A stretch of DNA of 64,000 nucleotides from Squalus acanthias. Taxonomy: Eukaryota. Positions 13,861-25,283 of this stretch are shown one piece after another. The notes under the pieces are model-generated. The model made no database searches. It worked only from the letters and a program-made list of their open reading frames with translations, and was not told where the DNA came from. The translations under genes were made by a program, and so were the position numbers. How positions within the stretch are numbered: position 1 is the first letter of the stretch; the number at the start of each line of letters is the position of its first letter. The stretch covers positions 86,492,001 to 86,556,000 of the forward strand of contig CM059432.1 of the NCBI GenBank assembly GCA_030390025.1, in the 5' to 3' direction.

Positions 13861-16800
13861 TATGCTCAGACCCCCAAGGTGAGCCTCACTTTTGGTGCTC
13901 AGCAGACCAGAACACTTGCTTTCTCTTGGCATACTGGCCCACCAATATCATGCCAGGGGAGTGACGTGGATCTCCCTGCCTGGGAGACCTTGCCTCTCCT
14001 AAGCTGCTGTCCTTGTTTGGGGTGGACAGATGCTCTGCCCCTTACAAGGCCCCTATGGAAAGTGCCGGACAAGGCCGCACTACCGTATCTAGGTCCCTGC
14101 CTAATTTTCAGCCCTTCGACTGAACTACCACCGGAGTTGCGGCAGGAGTGCATTGGAAGGGCCACGGGTTTTTGCCCACTTTTTCTGTATCTTCAGTGAA
14201 CAAACTGATTACTCCATTCATGCAAAACATTCCTGAACTCTCAAAAGTGGGAAGGGAAATGAGTGTCTAGGGAGTGGTGTTTAACTCTATTTCAATTATG
14301 ATTAAATAGCACAAATAGCACACAGTGGGACAACACTCCCTTATTTTAGTCAGATCCACTTCCCTAATAAGTACCTCAATTGGTGTTTTAGCCAATTTGT
14401 GATATCCGCAGAAAGCCTGTGGAAAGCTTACATGGAGAATTTGAAGGCAGGTAATTACCAGGTTGAATTACCAGTGGAAACATACCAAATTCAGCAGTAA
14501 ATGTGTAGGAGCATTACCTCTTACAAAATGATTCAGCAGGAAGGTCTATTATCTGAATTAAAAATAATTTGTTTTATTAATTTTTAAGAATTTAGGTCAA
14601 TAAGTGGTTAACCAATGGGATTAGAAGTACAAATACAAGCACACTGGGTACAACTAAACTGTATGCTTAACATACTCTGAATGCAGGCAGGCTGTTCACA
14701 GAGCACCACAATGCTTTTCATTTATGACACAGAAATTACACATAGGGACTGATTTTGCTGGGATAGGGAAACAACTGGAAATAACAAATTCCTCACAGTT
14801 TTTCTTGTCCAACGACCAACATAAAGCAGCTTCAAGTGGCCAACTTAATACATGCACTGACTGCTTGATACTGTTGAGCAGACATAGCTTTGATGACGGG
14901 ATGCAATATTTACCATTAATGGACTAAAGACCCTTTAAATACTTCCCCAAATTTCCACTCATACATTCAAAATTCTGAATTGCAAGCTTGACCCAACATT
15001 GAAACTAATAACTGTGTTCATAATACTAGAGCACAACAAGATCTTCTGATAGTGATGGGTGTGTACAAATTCTCTGAAATTATACCCCATGATGGTATAT
15101 AGACATTCCTTTTGGAAATGTGTACTGTGGAAGATTTACTACTGGGCTGTGCACAACTACAAAAAAAATTAAGTGGCATTCTCACAACAGACTTATTTTA
15201 TTATTGTTTTGCCTACCTAAAGTAAAGTAAAGAAAAGTAAAGTAATGTACTACCAGTAACTTTAACTGGAATACAGCTTTTTTTTAAAAAAAAGACAGCT
15301 CATTCCAGAGTGAAAAGATTTCAACAGCTGCTGACTTGGTGACATTAAGGACCCCATCGGAGGTGTCCTGCTGCACTAATGTCTTAGAAATGTTTAAAAG
15401 AAACTTCAAACAGTCTGCATTCAGTAGGCGGTAGAAGAGCTCACCACAGGGTTCATTTGAAGACCAGTCCAAGTCACTCAGTCATGAATCAGAACTGTCA
15501 GTGACTGTCCAGTTAATAAACAGGTGTCAATGGTCCATACAACATAACTTGCTTCCACTGAACATATCTTTATGATTATTCACTTTTACGGTCCAAATAT
15601 TATTGCTTGTTTTCTATGTATGATTAAAGAAAAACAATTAAGTGTTACAGACTGGTATAGCAAATATGCTGTACGATGTAGCTCTGGTTCTAAATTAAAG
15701 ACCCCAATCTTCAGCATATGGAGTGCTCCATGATTGTTTTGGGGCTGGGTAGGGGAGAATCAAAACTGATCATGAATGGAACTAGGTAAGAACAAATGTG
15801 AAAAGTTGGTTTAGTGATGGAGTGGTATATGGGACCCACAATTTCACATATAGCAATGTATGAGGGAATCAAGTTACCCCACTGCTACCTTAGTGGCCTA
15901 CTGAGAGTGACACCAGAGGAGGACTGCAAGGAGTTTGTCTTTCTGTTCTCTAAAACCCATTTATTGTGTGGCTTAGGGAGACCAGATACAAAAATAGAAG
16001 AGGGTAGAAAACAACTTGGAAAAGAAGGGTTAATTCCCTCACCAGAAAATATAAAGCTCTAGACCAAAGATGGAGGTTACATTATTTAGACTTGAACCCA
16101 CCTCTTAGGGATGTTGGTAAAACAAGCATTGTACCACAGAGAGGAACAGAGAGATTAATAGTGATTTTTTTGTAAGGAAAAACTAGAAGTTCAAATAACT
16201 TTGGACTGAATTTGTGTTAAGCATATAGTTGGTAATTTCCTGACAAGTGCTTTTAAACCTTGCTTAAAATGAAATATGTAGGCTAAATAGTAGAACATAA
16301 TACAGTATATATTATATACATATTACCAAATTAATTGCACCCTAATGTGCAATTCATAGAATGAACAGAAATTGCATGCACTGTTCTGATGACAAATCAT
16401 TTGATATCAACATTTCCTATAGATTTTGTCAGCTAATGACTGGAAGAGTACATTCGGTCAAATGAACTGCCCTATGAAAACATATTCTTACACTGCTGAG
16501 TAGTCTGCAAGCATTAAAATTTGCATCTATCATTTCAATTAATATGTGGAACAAGCTATACCAATGATTACATGAATTGTTTGTCAATGCGGAGAGCGAA
16601 GTAGTATATCATTGCAGCAGAAGAGAAGAATTGCAAAACATTATTGATTCACTTGAATTAATGTCTGTCCAATCATTTAGTACTGTATGTAGTTCTTGCC
16701 TTTGTCCCATCTTCCCCAAAATTTACACCTTCAGACAAAATGTTTAGATCCACTTAGTACCTTTCTATTGTATTTAACCATTTTTGACATGAGAAGCTGC

Positions 16801-19038
16801 TGGTAACCTTCTTAAACAGGATAGTACAGTATAATGGGAAAAACTACAGCAACATAACAATTTATTTCTTATTTTTAACGAATTGTATTTCTACAAGCTT
16901 AAACCACCTCAAAAGAGAGCGAGTGGACTAACAACCAGAGGAATTTTCAACCCCTGTAGTCACAGATTTCATCTCAGATCACCAACTCCCAAACCTATTT
17001 TTTTAAACTTTTAATGATTAGCTTTTCTAGTCCTTAACTGTGCTGTTGGGGGAGGGGAGGGGAGGGGAGGGAAAGGGGGAAACCATAAAGTATTTTAAGA
17101 ACAACTGCCCTTGCCCCTCTTCACCAATGGAAATAGATCTCTAGTGAGCAAATCACTGGTGCCAGAAGCCATTTAGGAGTCTACAGTCCACTTTCCTAGC
17201 TGGAGGTGAATGGCTATTTTGTTTTATTGGTGCAGGATTTGGGGGCCAGAGGGATAACCTTTTATGAGGGCAATTTTCTACTCTTTCTGGCACCAATTTA
17301 ACTTTAGCATTTTTCATGCAACACTAGCTCCAAAACCCAGATACATTTAACAAATCATTTATCATCATAATGAAACTTGTTACTCATTTACAATATACAA
17401 TGGTAAATCTATTAGTGGTAATGAAAAAACCTTCACCAGAATATGAAGCTTTAGGATCAGAACATGTGAGCACAGTCGACTCTATCTTCTGTGGAGTTAA
17501 TTTCATGCTTCAATAAGAATCAACAATGAATCTAGTCCTCCTACGTGAACGCTTGAATGAAACTGATGTTATCTTTGTAGTATTTTACTGTAATTAATTC
17601 AGGAATAATAAGATTTCAATTCAGTTACATTTTCTGCAATGTTTCCAACTCTAGTGAAACCAGCACTTTTGTCTAAATACCAACTCTTACATAGGATATA
17701 CGGCACAGAAACATGCAATTTGACCCAACCAGTCCATGCTGGCGTTTATGCTCCACTCGAGCCTCCTCCCGTCTATCCTCATCTAAATCTATCAGCATAA
17801 CCCTCTATTCCCTTCTCCCTCATATGCTTGTCCAGCCTCCCCTTAAATGCATCTATACTATTCGCTTCAACCACTCCCTGCGGTAACGAGTTTCACATTC
17901 TCACCACTCTTTGAGTACAGAAGTTTCTTCTGAATTCCCTATTGGATTTCTTGGTGACTATCTTATATTGATGGCCTCTAGTTATGCTCTTCCCCACAAG
18001 TGGAAACATTTGCTCTGTATCCACTCTATCAAAACCTTTCATAATTTTAAAGACCTCTATTCGGTCACCCCTCAGCCTTCTTTTTTCAAGAGAAGAGAGA
18101 CCCAGCCTGTTCATCCTTTCTTGATATGTATACCCTCGCATTTCTGGTATCATCCTTGTAAATCTTCTCTGCACCCTCTCCAGTGCCTCTATATGCTTTT
18201 TATAATATGGCGACCAGAACGGTACGCAGTACTCCAAGTGTGGTCTAACCAAGGTTCGATACAGGTTTAGCATAACTTCCCTACTTTTCAATTCTATCCC
18301 TCTAAAAATAAACCCCAGTGCTTGGTTTGCTTTTTTTTATGGCCTTGTTAACCTGTGTCGCAACTTTTAGTGATTTGTGTATTTGTACTCTGAGATCCCT
18401 TTGTTCTTCTACCCCACCCAGACTCACACCCTCCAAGTAATAAGTGACCTCCCTATTCTTCCTACCAAAATGTAATACCTCACATTTATCTGTGTTGAAC
18501 TTCATTTGCCAATTATATGCCCATTCTGCAAGTTTATTAATGTATTCCTGTAATTTGTTGCAGTCTTCCTCAGTATTGACTATCCCCCCAATTTGGTGTC
18601 GTCCGCAAATTTAGAAATTGTGTTTTTTATTCCAAAGTCTAAATCGTTAATATAAATTGTGAACAACTGTGGTCCCAGCACTGATCCTTGTGGAACACCA
18701 CTACCCACCTTCTGCCACTGTGAATAGCTACCCTTTACCCCTACTCTCTGCTTTCTATCTTGAAGCCAGCTAGCTATCCATTCTGCTACTTGTCCCCTGA
18801 CTCTACATTCTCTGACCTTCTTCATTAGTCTATTATAGGGTACCTTATCGAAGGTCTTTTGAAAATCTAGATAAATTACATGTGCTGCATTACCATTGTC
18901 TACTCTCTCTGTTACCTCTTCAAAAAATTCAATGAGGTTGGTCAAGCAAGACTTTCCTTTTTGAAATCCATGCTGACTATTCATTGTTATGTTTTTGGTT
19001 TCTAGATGTTCTTCTATTTTCTCCTTTAGTAGGGATTC

Positions 19039-19221
19039 TGTGGTAACACTTTTCAGCTTCCTGTATGACATCACTTCCTGTAATCAGTCCAGGATAAATA
19101 CTGGACTGATCAGTTAGCTCTGGAAGAGGCATAGGGTAAGACCTCTTTTGTATGCAGCACCGTTTTAAGTTGATTAAAGCTTACATTAAGTTTACCACGC
19201 GTAAGGCTCATTCTTACGACA
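19039..19221 (+). repeat. 5' LTR (183 bp)
   Basis: Starts TGT and ends ACA. No difference from the 3' LTR by eye. Contains TATA-like GATAAATA (19093-19100) and ATTAAA (19173-19178). Confidence 0.97.
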
Positions 19222-19222
19222 A

Positions 19223-19234
19223 TTTAATCAACTT
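19223..19234 (+). other. Non-tRNA primer-binding site, complementary to LTR 19167-19178
   Basis: TTTAATCAACTT lies 1 nt after the LTR end and is the exact reverse complement of AAGTTGATTAAA in the LTR. No TGG-initiated PBS is present. Confidence 0.7.
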
Positions 19235-19300
19235 TTGAAAAACTTCGCACTCAAACTTTTTGGACGAACTCGGAGCTAAGGATCCAGGGAATCACCCATC

Positions 19301-22300
19301 ATGGAAAACATCCTTAAACCATCGCGTCTTGACTTGGACCCAAACACCCCAGCAGCCGGTAAGGTGTGGAAACACTGGTATCGCACGTTTGAGAATTTTC
19401 TTGAGTATTGCAAAGCGGATGATAACTCAAAGTTGCGGATACTCATCAACTGTGTCACCCCGAATGTATTTCAGTATGTGGAAGACTGGGACAGTTATGA
19501 GGAGGCAATTCAGACGCTTAAGAGACTATATACTAAGACACCGAATGAGGTCTATGCTAGACATCTACTAGCTACAGCCCAACAAGGGCCGGAGGAATCC
19601 ATTGATAAATTCCTCCAAGAGCTTCGCAGACTTAGTATGGACTGTAACTTTCGGGCAGCCTCAGCTGAGCTATACCGCGAAGAAATGATCCGTGATGCGT
19701 TCATCTGCGGGCTTGCCTCCCCATTTATACGCCAGCGTCTACTGGAAAGTAAGACACTTGAGCTGCAGAGAGCTTATGACCTGGCTTGCTCTCTAGATCT
19801 AGCAAAACGAAATGCAGACCTTTTTACAGTGCCCAGACCTCGGTCTGCTGCCTTAACTACAGTCAGGCAATTTAAGAGGCCACAGGTGAACTCTATTAGG
19901 GAGGACTTTATCCCTGACGATCGATCTGATGACTTCACCGATGAAGAGGATGATGACCCCACTGTGGCAGCCTCTTGGCAATCTAAGAAATGCTTTTTTT
20001 GTGGGGATGAGTTTCACCCTCGGAGATTCTGCCCTGCTCGCAATGCGTTTTGCAGTCATTGCAACAAAAAGGGTCATTTTGTAAAGGTTTGCCTATCAAG
20101 AGCCTCTACGAGGGCTTATCAAGCTAAGTCCTACCGAACTGCCCCAGTAAGGGCCTATCAGGATGTTCCAACTAAAAACTATCGTGCTTCCTCTCGGGTT
20201 TTTTCTCGAAGAAACACACCTAGAATTTCAGCCACTCTTTGTGCAACGACACCAATTACAGCTGCTTGTCCTCAGAATCTATTCCATGCAGCTACAAAAG
20301 CATCAATTAAGGGACATACTTTAGATGCCTTAATTGACTCAGGTAGCACTGATAGTTTCATTAGGGAACAGACTGTTGCACAGTTAAAGCTACATGTTTT
20401 TCCATCGGACCAGGCAGTTGCGATGGCTCAGTCATCACTTAATACCAGAATTTCTGGCTTCTGTGTAGTTGAAATAATGCTTAAAGGTCACAGGTATCCC
20501 TCCACCCGGCTTTCGGTGCTCAAGGACTTATGTAGTGATCTTATCTTAGGGCTGGATTTTCAAAAGCAGCATAAGAAGCTTACCATTGAGTTCGGCGGAT
20601 CCAAACCTGAACTCACTATTTCTAATATACGACCTCGATTACCGTTCTGTGCCTTGTCAGCAGCTTCACTGGATGAACCCTCACTGTTTGCCAGTATCCC
20701 TCCTCGATGCAAACCGATTATAACAAAGTCACGCCGTTTCAGTCAGGAAGACCAGTCTTTTATTGCGGCTGAGATTTCTCGGCTTTTAGCAGAGGATATC
20801 ATCGAGCCTTGTTCGTCGCCATGGCGCGCCCAGGTCGTTATTGTTAAGAACCCTCTACAACCTCACAAGAAACGGCTGTGCATTGACTATTCACAGACCA
20901 TCAATCAGTATACGGACTTGGACGCATACCCATTGCCGCGCATCGATGATATGGTTAATAAATTGGCTGAGTACACGGTGTTCTCGACTTATGATCTGAA
21001 AAGCGCCTATCATCAGGTACCCTTGAAGGTCTCAGACAAGCAGTATACAGCCTTTGAAGCCAATGGGCGGCTGTATCAATTTCGTCGCCTCCCCTTTGGG
21101 GTCACTAATGGAGTGGCTGTCTTCCAGCGAGCAATGGATGACCTGGTCAAACAGGAAGACTTGAAGGATACGTTTCCTTATCTGGACAATATTACTGTCG
21201 CAGGTCGCAATCAGCAGGAACATGACGCCAATCTCCAACGATTTTGGGATGCACTCCAGCACCGTAATTTGACATTGAATGCGGCTAAATCCATTGAGTC
21301 ACAACCAACTATCAACATCCTTGGCTATTGTGTGGGCAATGGCATCATTAAACCTGACCCTGAAAGGCTTCGCCCACTCCAAGAACTCCCGCCACCTAAG
21401 AATCCGGCCTCCTTGCGCCGGGCCCTCGGCCTGTTTGCATACTATGCGAAATGGATTCCTAACTTCTCGGACCGAATCCAACCTCTACTGAAGGCCAGCA
21501 CATTCCCACTAGACACAACGGCTGTTGCAGCCTTTAACCTCCTGAAAGAGCAGTTGGAGAAAGCGGCTCTTCACTCCATTGATGAGAGTCTTCCTTTCGT
21601 GGTTGAGTGTGATGCCTCGGAGGTGGCAATCTCAGCCACTCTGAATCAGGAAGGTCGTCCGGTGGCATTTTTGTCCAGGACTTTTCAAGGGGCTGAGCTA
21701 CATTATCCTCCAGTCGAGAAAGAAGCTACAGCCATCATAGAGGCAGTACGGAAGTGGAGTCATCTCCTGGCTCGCCAGCACTTTACCTTAATCACGGACC
21801 AGCGATCGGTCGCCTTCATGCTCGATAATCGAAAACGGACCAAAATTAAAAATAATAAAATCCAGCTTTGGCGGCTGGAATTGGCCTCTTTTGGTTACAC
21901 CATCCACTATCGACCTGGCAAGGAGAATGTGGCTCCGGATACCCTCACACGAGCATTCTGCTCCGCCATGGCACCCTCTACGCTCGTAGACATCCATGAT
22001 GGGTTGTGTCATCCAGGCGTTACTCGCATGCTGCACTTCGTGCGGTCCCGAAATCTCCCATTCTCTACCGGGGATGTAAAGAAGATGTGCTCGGACTGCA
22101 GAGTCTGTGCGGAATTGAAACCTCGGTTTTTCCGCCCCTCGGGTGGTATACTCATACATGCGACCCAGCCAATGCAAAGGCTTAGCATCGATTTTAAGGG
22201 GCCGTTGCCCTCTTCGACTCGCAACACTTATCTATTAACAATGGTTGATGAGTATTCTCGTTTTCCGTTTGCCTTTCCCTGCCCCAATATGCTGACAACC

Positions 22301-23257
22301 ACGGTTATCAGCTGCCTTGAACAGGTATTTGCTTTCTGTGGCATGGCATCCTATGTTCATTCAGATCGGGGCCCTTCTTTTATGTCGGGAGAACTCAAGG
22401 CCTATCTCTCGGAACGGGGTATTGCTGCCAGCAAAACGACGCCTTATCATCCGGTTGGGAATGGGCAAGTCGAGCGTTTTAACGCTATCATCTGGAATGC
22501 GGTACGTCTGGCTTTGAGATCTCGGGGCCTACCCAACCAGCAATGGGAAGCAGTACTTCCAGACGCATTACACTCCACACGGTCCCTCCTTTCGACCGCC
22601 ACAAATACGACGCCTCATGAACGGTTCTTCCGATTTCAGCGTCGCTCATCCTATGGGACATCTCTCCCGTCGTGGCTGACTACACCGGGACCAGTGCTAC
22701 TCCGAAGATATGTCCGGGCGTCTAAGAATGACCCCCTGGTAGATGAGGTTGAGCTCACTGACGTCAACCCTACCTACGCCTATATTCGGTATCCTGACGG
22801 TCGGGAATCTACCGTGTCATTGCGGGATCTGGCTCCCTGCCCGCCGAAACATAGAGGGACACCAGGGGATGATATTGTACCAGGCACATCTCTGGGCTTG
22901 CCAGGTGCCTCTCATCATGATCGGGATCTGACGCCGGCTGGTACCTCACTCCAGCGTGCCGACCTGGGGCAGACTGACTATGAGCCCGTCGGGGCTCGCA
23001 CGCGCAGCCACGATCAACCCTGTACCGTACGCTCAGAAACGGATCTGCCACAGCCCTGCCCGACACCCATTCGGGTACCAGTACACGGTCAGGATCGTTC
23101 TGACCCCTCACAGAGCGGGCTGGAGCACTCGGACTCTGGTCCATGGCCCGCAGCGGGTAAACGGGCTAGGGGCCCTCTACCGCTACGAGAACCCAAACGG
23201 GTGCGGCTCTCCCTCATCCAACGGCTACGAAATGGAGGGAGCATTCCGGCCTCCTAA
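19301..23257 (+). CDS. Gypsy gag-pol polyprotein (1318 aa, uninterrupted)
   Basis: Two CCHC knuckles (CFFCGDEFHPRRFC, CSHCNKKGHFVKVC), protease LIDSGS, RT (DLKSAYHQ, LPFG, YLDN), RNase H (CDAS, E, TD, D), integrase HHCC (HDGLCH...CRVC) and D-D-E (SIDFKGP, HSDRG, GQVERFN). Confidence 0.97.
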   Translation: MENILKPSRLDLDPNTPAAGKVWKHWYRTFENFLEYCKADDNSKLRILINCVTPNVFQYVEDWDSYEEAIQTLKRLYTKTPNEVYARHLLATAQQGPEESIDKFLQELRRLSMDCNFRAASAELYREEMIRDAFICGLASPFIRQRLLESKTLELQRAYDLACSLDLAKRNADLFTVPRPRSAALTTVRQFKRPQVNSIREDFIPDDRSDDFTDEEDDDPTVAASWQSKKCFFCGDEFHPRRFCPARNAFCSHCNKKGHFVKVCLSRASTRAYQAKSYRTAPVRAYQDVPTKNYRASSRVFSRRNTPRISATLCATTPITAACPQNLFHAATKASIKGHTLDALIDSGSTDSFIREQTVAQLKLHVFPSDQAVAMAQSSLNTRISGFCVVEIMLKGHRYPSTRLSVLKDLCSDLILGLDFQKQHKKLTIEFGGSKPELTISNIRPRLPFCALSAASLDEPSLFASIPPRCKPIITKSRRFSQEDQSFIAAEISRLLAEDIIEPCSSPWRAQVVIVKNPLQPHKKRLCIDYSQTINQYTDLDAYPLPRIDDMVNKLAEYTVFSTYDLKSAYHQVPLKVSDKQYTAFEANGRLYQFRRLPFGVTNGVAVFQRAMDDLVKQEDLKDTFPYLDNITVAGRNQQEHDANLQRFWDALQHRNLTLNAAKSIESQPTINILGYCVGNGIIKPDPERLRPLQELPPPKNPASLRRALGLFAYYAKWIPNFSDRIQPLLKASTFPLDTTAVAAFNLLKEQLEKAALHSIDESLPFVVECDASEVAISATLNQEGRPVAFLSRTFQGAELHYPPVEKEATAIIEAVRKWSHLLARQHFTLITDQRSVAFMLDNRKRTKIKNNKIQLWRLELASFGYTIHYRPGKENVAPDTLTRAFCSAMAPSTLVDIHDGLCHPGVTRMLHFVRSRNLPFSTGDVKKMCSDCRVCAELKPRFFRPSGGILIHATQPMQRLSIDFKGPLPSSTRNTYLLTMVDEYSRFPFAFPCPNMLTTTVISCLEQVFAFCGMASYVHSDRGPSFMSGELKAYLSERGIAASKTTPYHPVGNGQVERFNAIIWNAVRLALRSRGLPNQQWEAVLPDALHSTRSLLSTATNTTPHERFFRFQRRSSYGTSLPSWLTTPGPVLLRRYVRASKNDPLVDEVELTDVNPTYAYIRYPDGRESTVSLRDLAPCPPKHRGTPGDDIVPGTSLGLPGASHHDRDLTPAGTSLQRADLGQTDYEPVGARTRSHDQPCTVRSETDLPQPCPTPIRVPVHGQDRSDPSQSGLEHSDSGPWPAAGKRARGPLPLREPKRVRLSLIQRLRNGGSIPAS

Positions 23258-23263
23258 TCTTTT

Positions 23264-23275
23264 GGGGGGGGAGAA
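23264..23275 (+). other. Polypurine tract of the Gypsy element
   Basis: G-run plus AGAA directly abutting the 3' LTR. Confidence 0.9.
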
Positions 23276-23458
23276 TGTGGTAACACTTTTCAGCTTCCTG
23301 TATGACATCACTTCCTGTAATCAGTCCAGGATAAATACTGGACTGATCAGTTAGCTCTGGAAGAGGCATAGGGTAAGACCTCTTTTGTATGCAGCACCGT
23401 TTTAAGTTGATTAAAGCTTACATTAAGTTTACCACGCGTAAGGCTCATTCTTACGACA
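23276..23458 (+). repeat. 3' LTR (183 bp)
   Basis: Direct repeat of 19039-19221, followed by the TSD GATTC. Confidence 0.97.
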
Positions 23459-24617
23459 GATTCCATTATTTTTCCTACCACCGATGTTAAGCTGACTGGT
23501 CTATAATTCCCTGGACATGTTCTATCCCCCTTCTTAAATATAGGTATTATGTTAGCTATCCGCTAGTACTCTGGCATTACACCTTTTTCTAATGAATTAT
23601 TAAATATGTGTAGTAATGCCTCTGCTATCTCTTCCCCAGATTCTTTTAAAATGCGTGGATGCAATCTATCCGGACCAGGGGGTTTATCCTCTTTATGTTT
23701 GATTAGTTTATTTAATATATCCCCTCTTTCTATTTTAAATGCACTTATCTCATTACTAATCTCATCATCCAATGTCATGTCCACCTGTTCTATCTCCCTG
23801 GTAAATACTGAAGCTAAATAATTATTTAATATTTCTGCCATCTTTCTATCGTTACTGTGGTATTATCCTGTCTATCCCTTAATGGCCCTATTCCCATCCC
23901 AACCTTTCTTTTTTATTGATGTGCTTGTAAAATATTTTACTATTTTGTTTTATGTTCCTTGATAATTTAATTTCATAGTTCCTCTTTGTCTTCCTAATTT
24001 TTTTTTGACTTCTCTCCTAATCTCTTCGTATTCCCCCTTATTATGCACTCCCCTGCTGTCTATGTACTTAATGTATGACTCTTTTCTTACCCTCAATTGT
24101 TCCCTTATGGCTTTATTCATCCATGAAGTCTCATTAGTGTTTAGTTTGTTCTTTCCTTTTAGCAGAATATATTGTTCCTGCACTCTGTTGAACACCGTTT
24201 TAAATGTTTCCCATTGCTGTTCTACATCGTTGTTTGCCAATGTTGTTGCCCATTTTATTTTCCCAAGTTCTATTCTCAGCCCCTCAAAATCAGCTTTTCT
24301 CCAATCTGTTACCCTGGTTTTTGTCATACTTATGTCCTTCTCAATTATCATCTTAAAGTGTAGTATATTATGGTCACTATTGCCTAGATGTTCCCCTACT
24401 TTTACCTCTCTTATCTGCTCTGGTTCATTCCCCATTACTAGATCCAATAGCGAATCCTCCCTTGTTGGGCTTTTTACATATTGGGTTAGAAAGGAGTCCT
24501 GTACACATTGTAGGAACTCCATTCCCTTATCCCATTTACCTACCTCTTCTGTCCAATTAATATCGGGGTAGTTGAAATCCCCTATGATTATTATTCTATG
24601 TTTTTTACTCTTCTGTA

Positions 24618-24890
24618 ACACAGAAACATAGAAACATAGAAACTAGGAGCAGGAGTAGGCCATTCGGCCCGTCGAGCCTGCTCCACCATTCAATACGATC
24701 ATGGCTGATCATCCAAATCCAGCACCCTGTCCCTGCTTTCCCACACAGAATCCCCATCGAGCCCGCACCGACACACATCCCACCCCATCCCCGTAACCCC
24801 ACGTATTTAATTCCCCCTAACATATCCCATCCTATCCCCGTAACCCCACATATTTAATCCCCCCCTAACACTAAGGGTCAATTTATCATA
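24618..24890 (-). mobile_element. SINE/CR1-tail fragment (HE1-like) with an internal ~46-bp tandem duplication
   Basis: (GAAACATA)n tail, CR1-type 3' end, and two CCCCGTAACCCCAC.TATTTAAT.CCCCCTAACA units. Confidence 0.65.
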
Positions 24891-25283
24891 TCCTTTCACT
24901 CAAATTCCCTAAAAGCATTACTCTCTGAAATCCTAAACAGATTAATCTTTGAGTAGTGCCTATTAAAATAAACAGTTAGATGGACAACTGACAAAAAAAT
25001 TATCCTGTATTGAGCCATGCATTGGGAGACCTAGTCTCAAATTGCAGCCTTTGCTGACATTTGGACTCCCTATTTTTCCCAGGTATCGTGTTGCCAAATC
25101 TTGGACAGGCCAAGCAATGAAAAGGATTAAAAAAATGACAATGGCTCCGCACTTCAGCTATGAGACCCTGAAGATATTTGTGGTCGCTAGCCTGCCCTCC
25201 TAGTCTAGTGGACACATTAGGAAATGGAAATGAGAAATATACCACTTATAATCAGTTTGAATATGGATTACATTTTTGGTTAC

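Larger units (their letters stand above)
19039..23458 (+). mobile_element. Full-length Ty3/Gypsy LTR retrotransposon
   Basis: TG...CA LTRs at 19039-19221 and 23276-23458, 5-bp TSD GATTC (19034-19038 and 23459-23463), polypurine tract, single gag-pol ORF in PR-RT-RH-IN order. Confidence 0.98.
17690..24615 (-). mobile_element. CR1 LINE (decayed ORF2), split by the Gypsy insertion at 19039-23458
   Basis: Endonuclease IIGDFNYPDINW (23950-24621), [35 protein letters not shown] and RPHLEYC fragments are collinear across the Gypsy element. Confidence 0.93.

Noticed and set aside
13870..14199. GC-richer segment with ~100-aa ORFs
   Set aside because: Possibly a decayed non-LTR retrotransposon fragment, but I could not identify any diagnostic motif.
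22956..23354. Possible env or accessory ORF at the Gypsy 3' end
   Set aside because: Alternative-frame ORF with a non-ATG start that overlaps pol and runs into the LTR, with no signal peptide or transmembrane segment.
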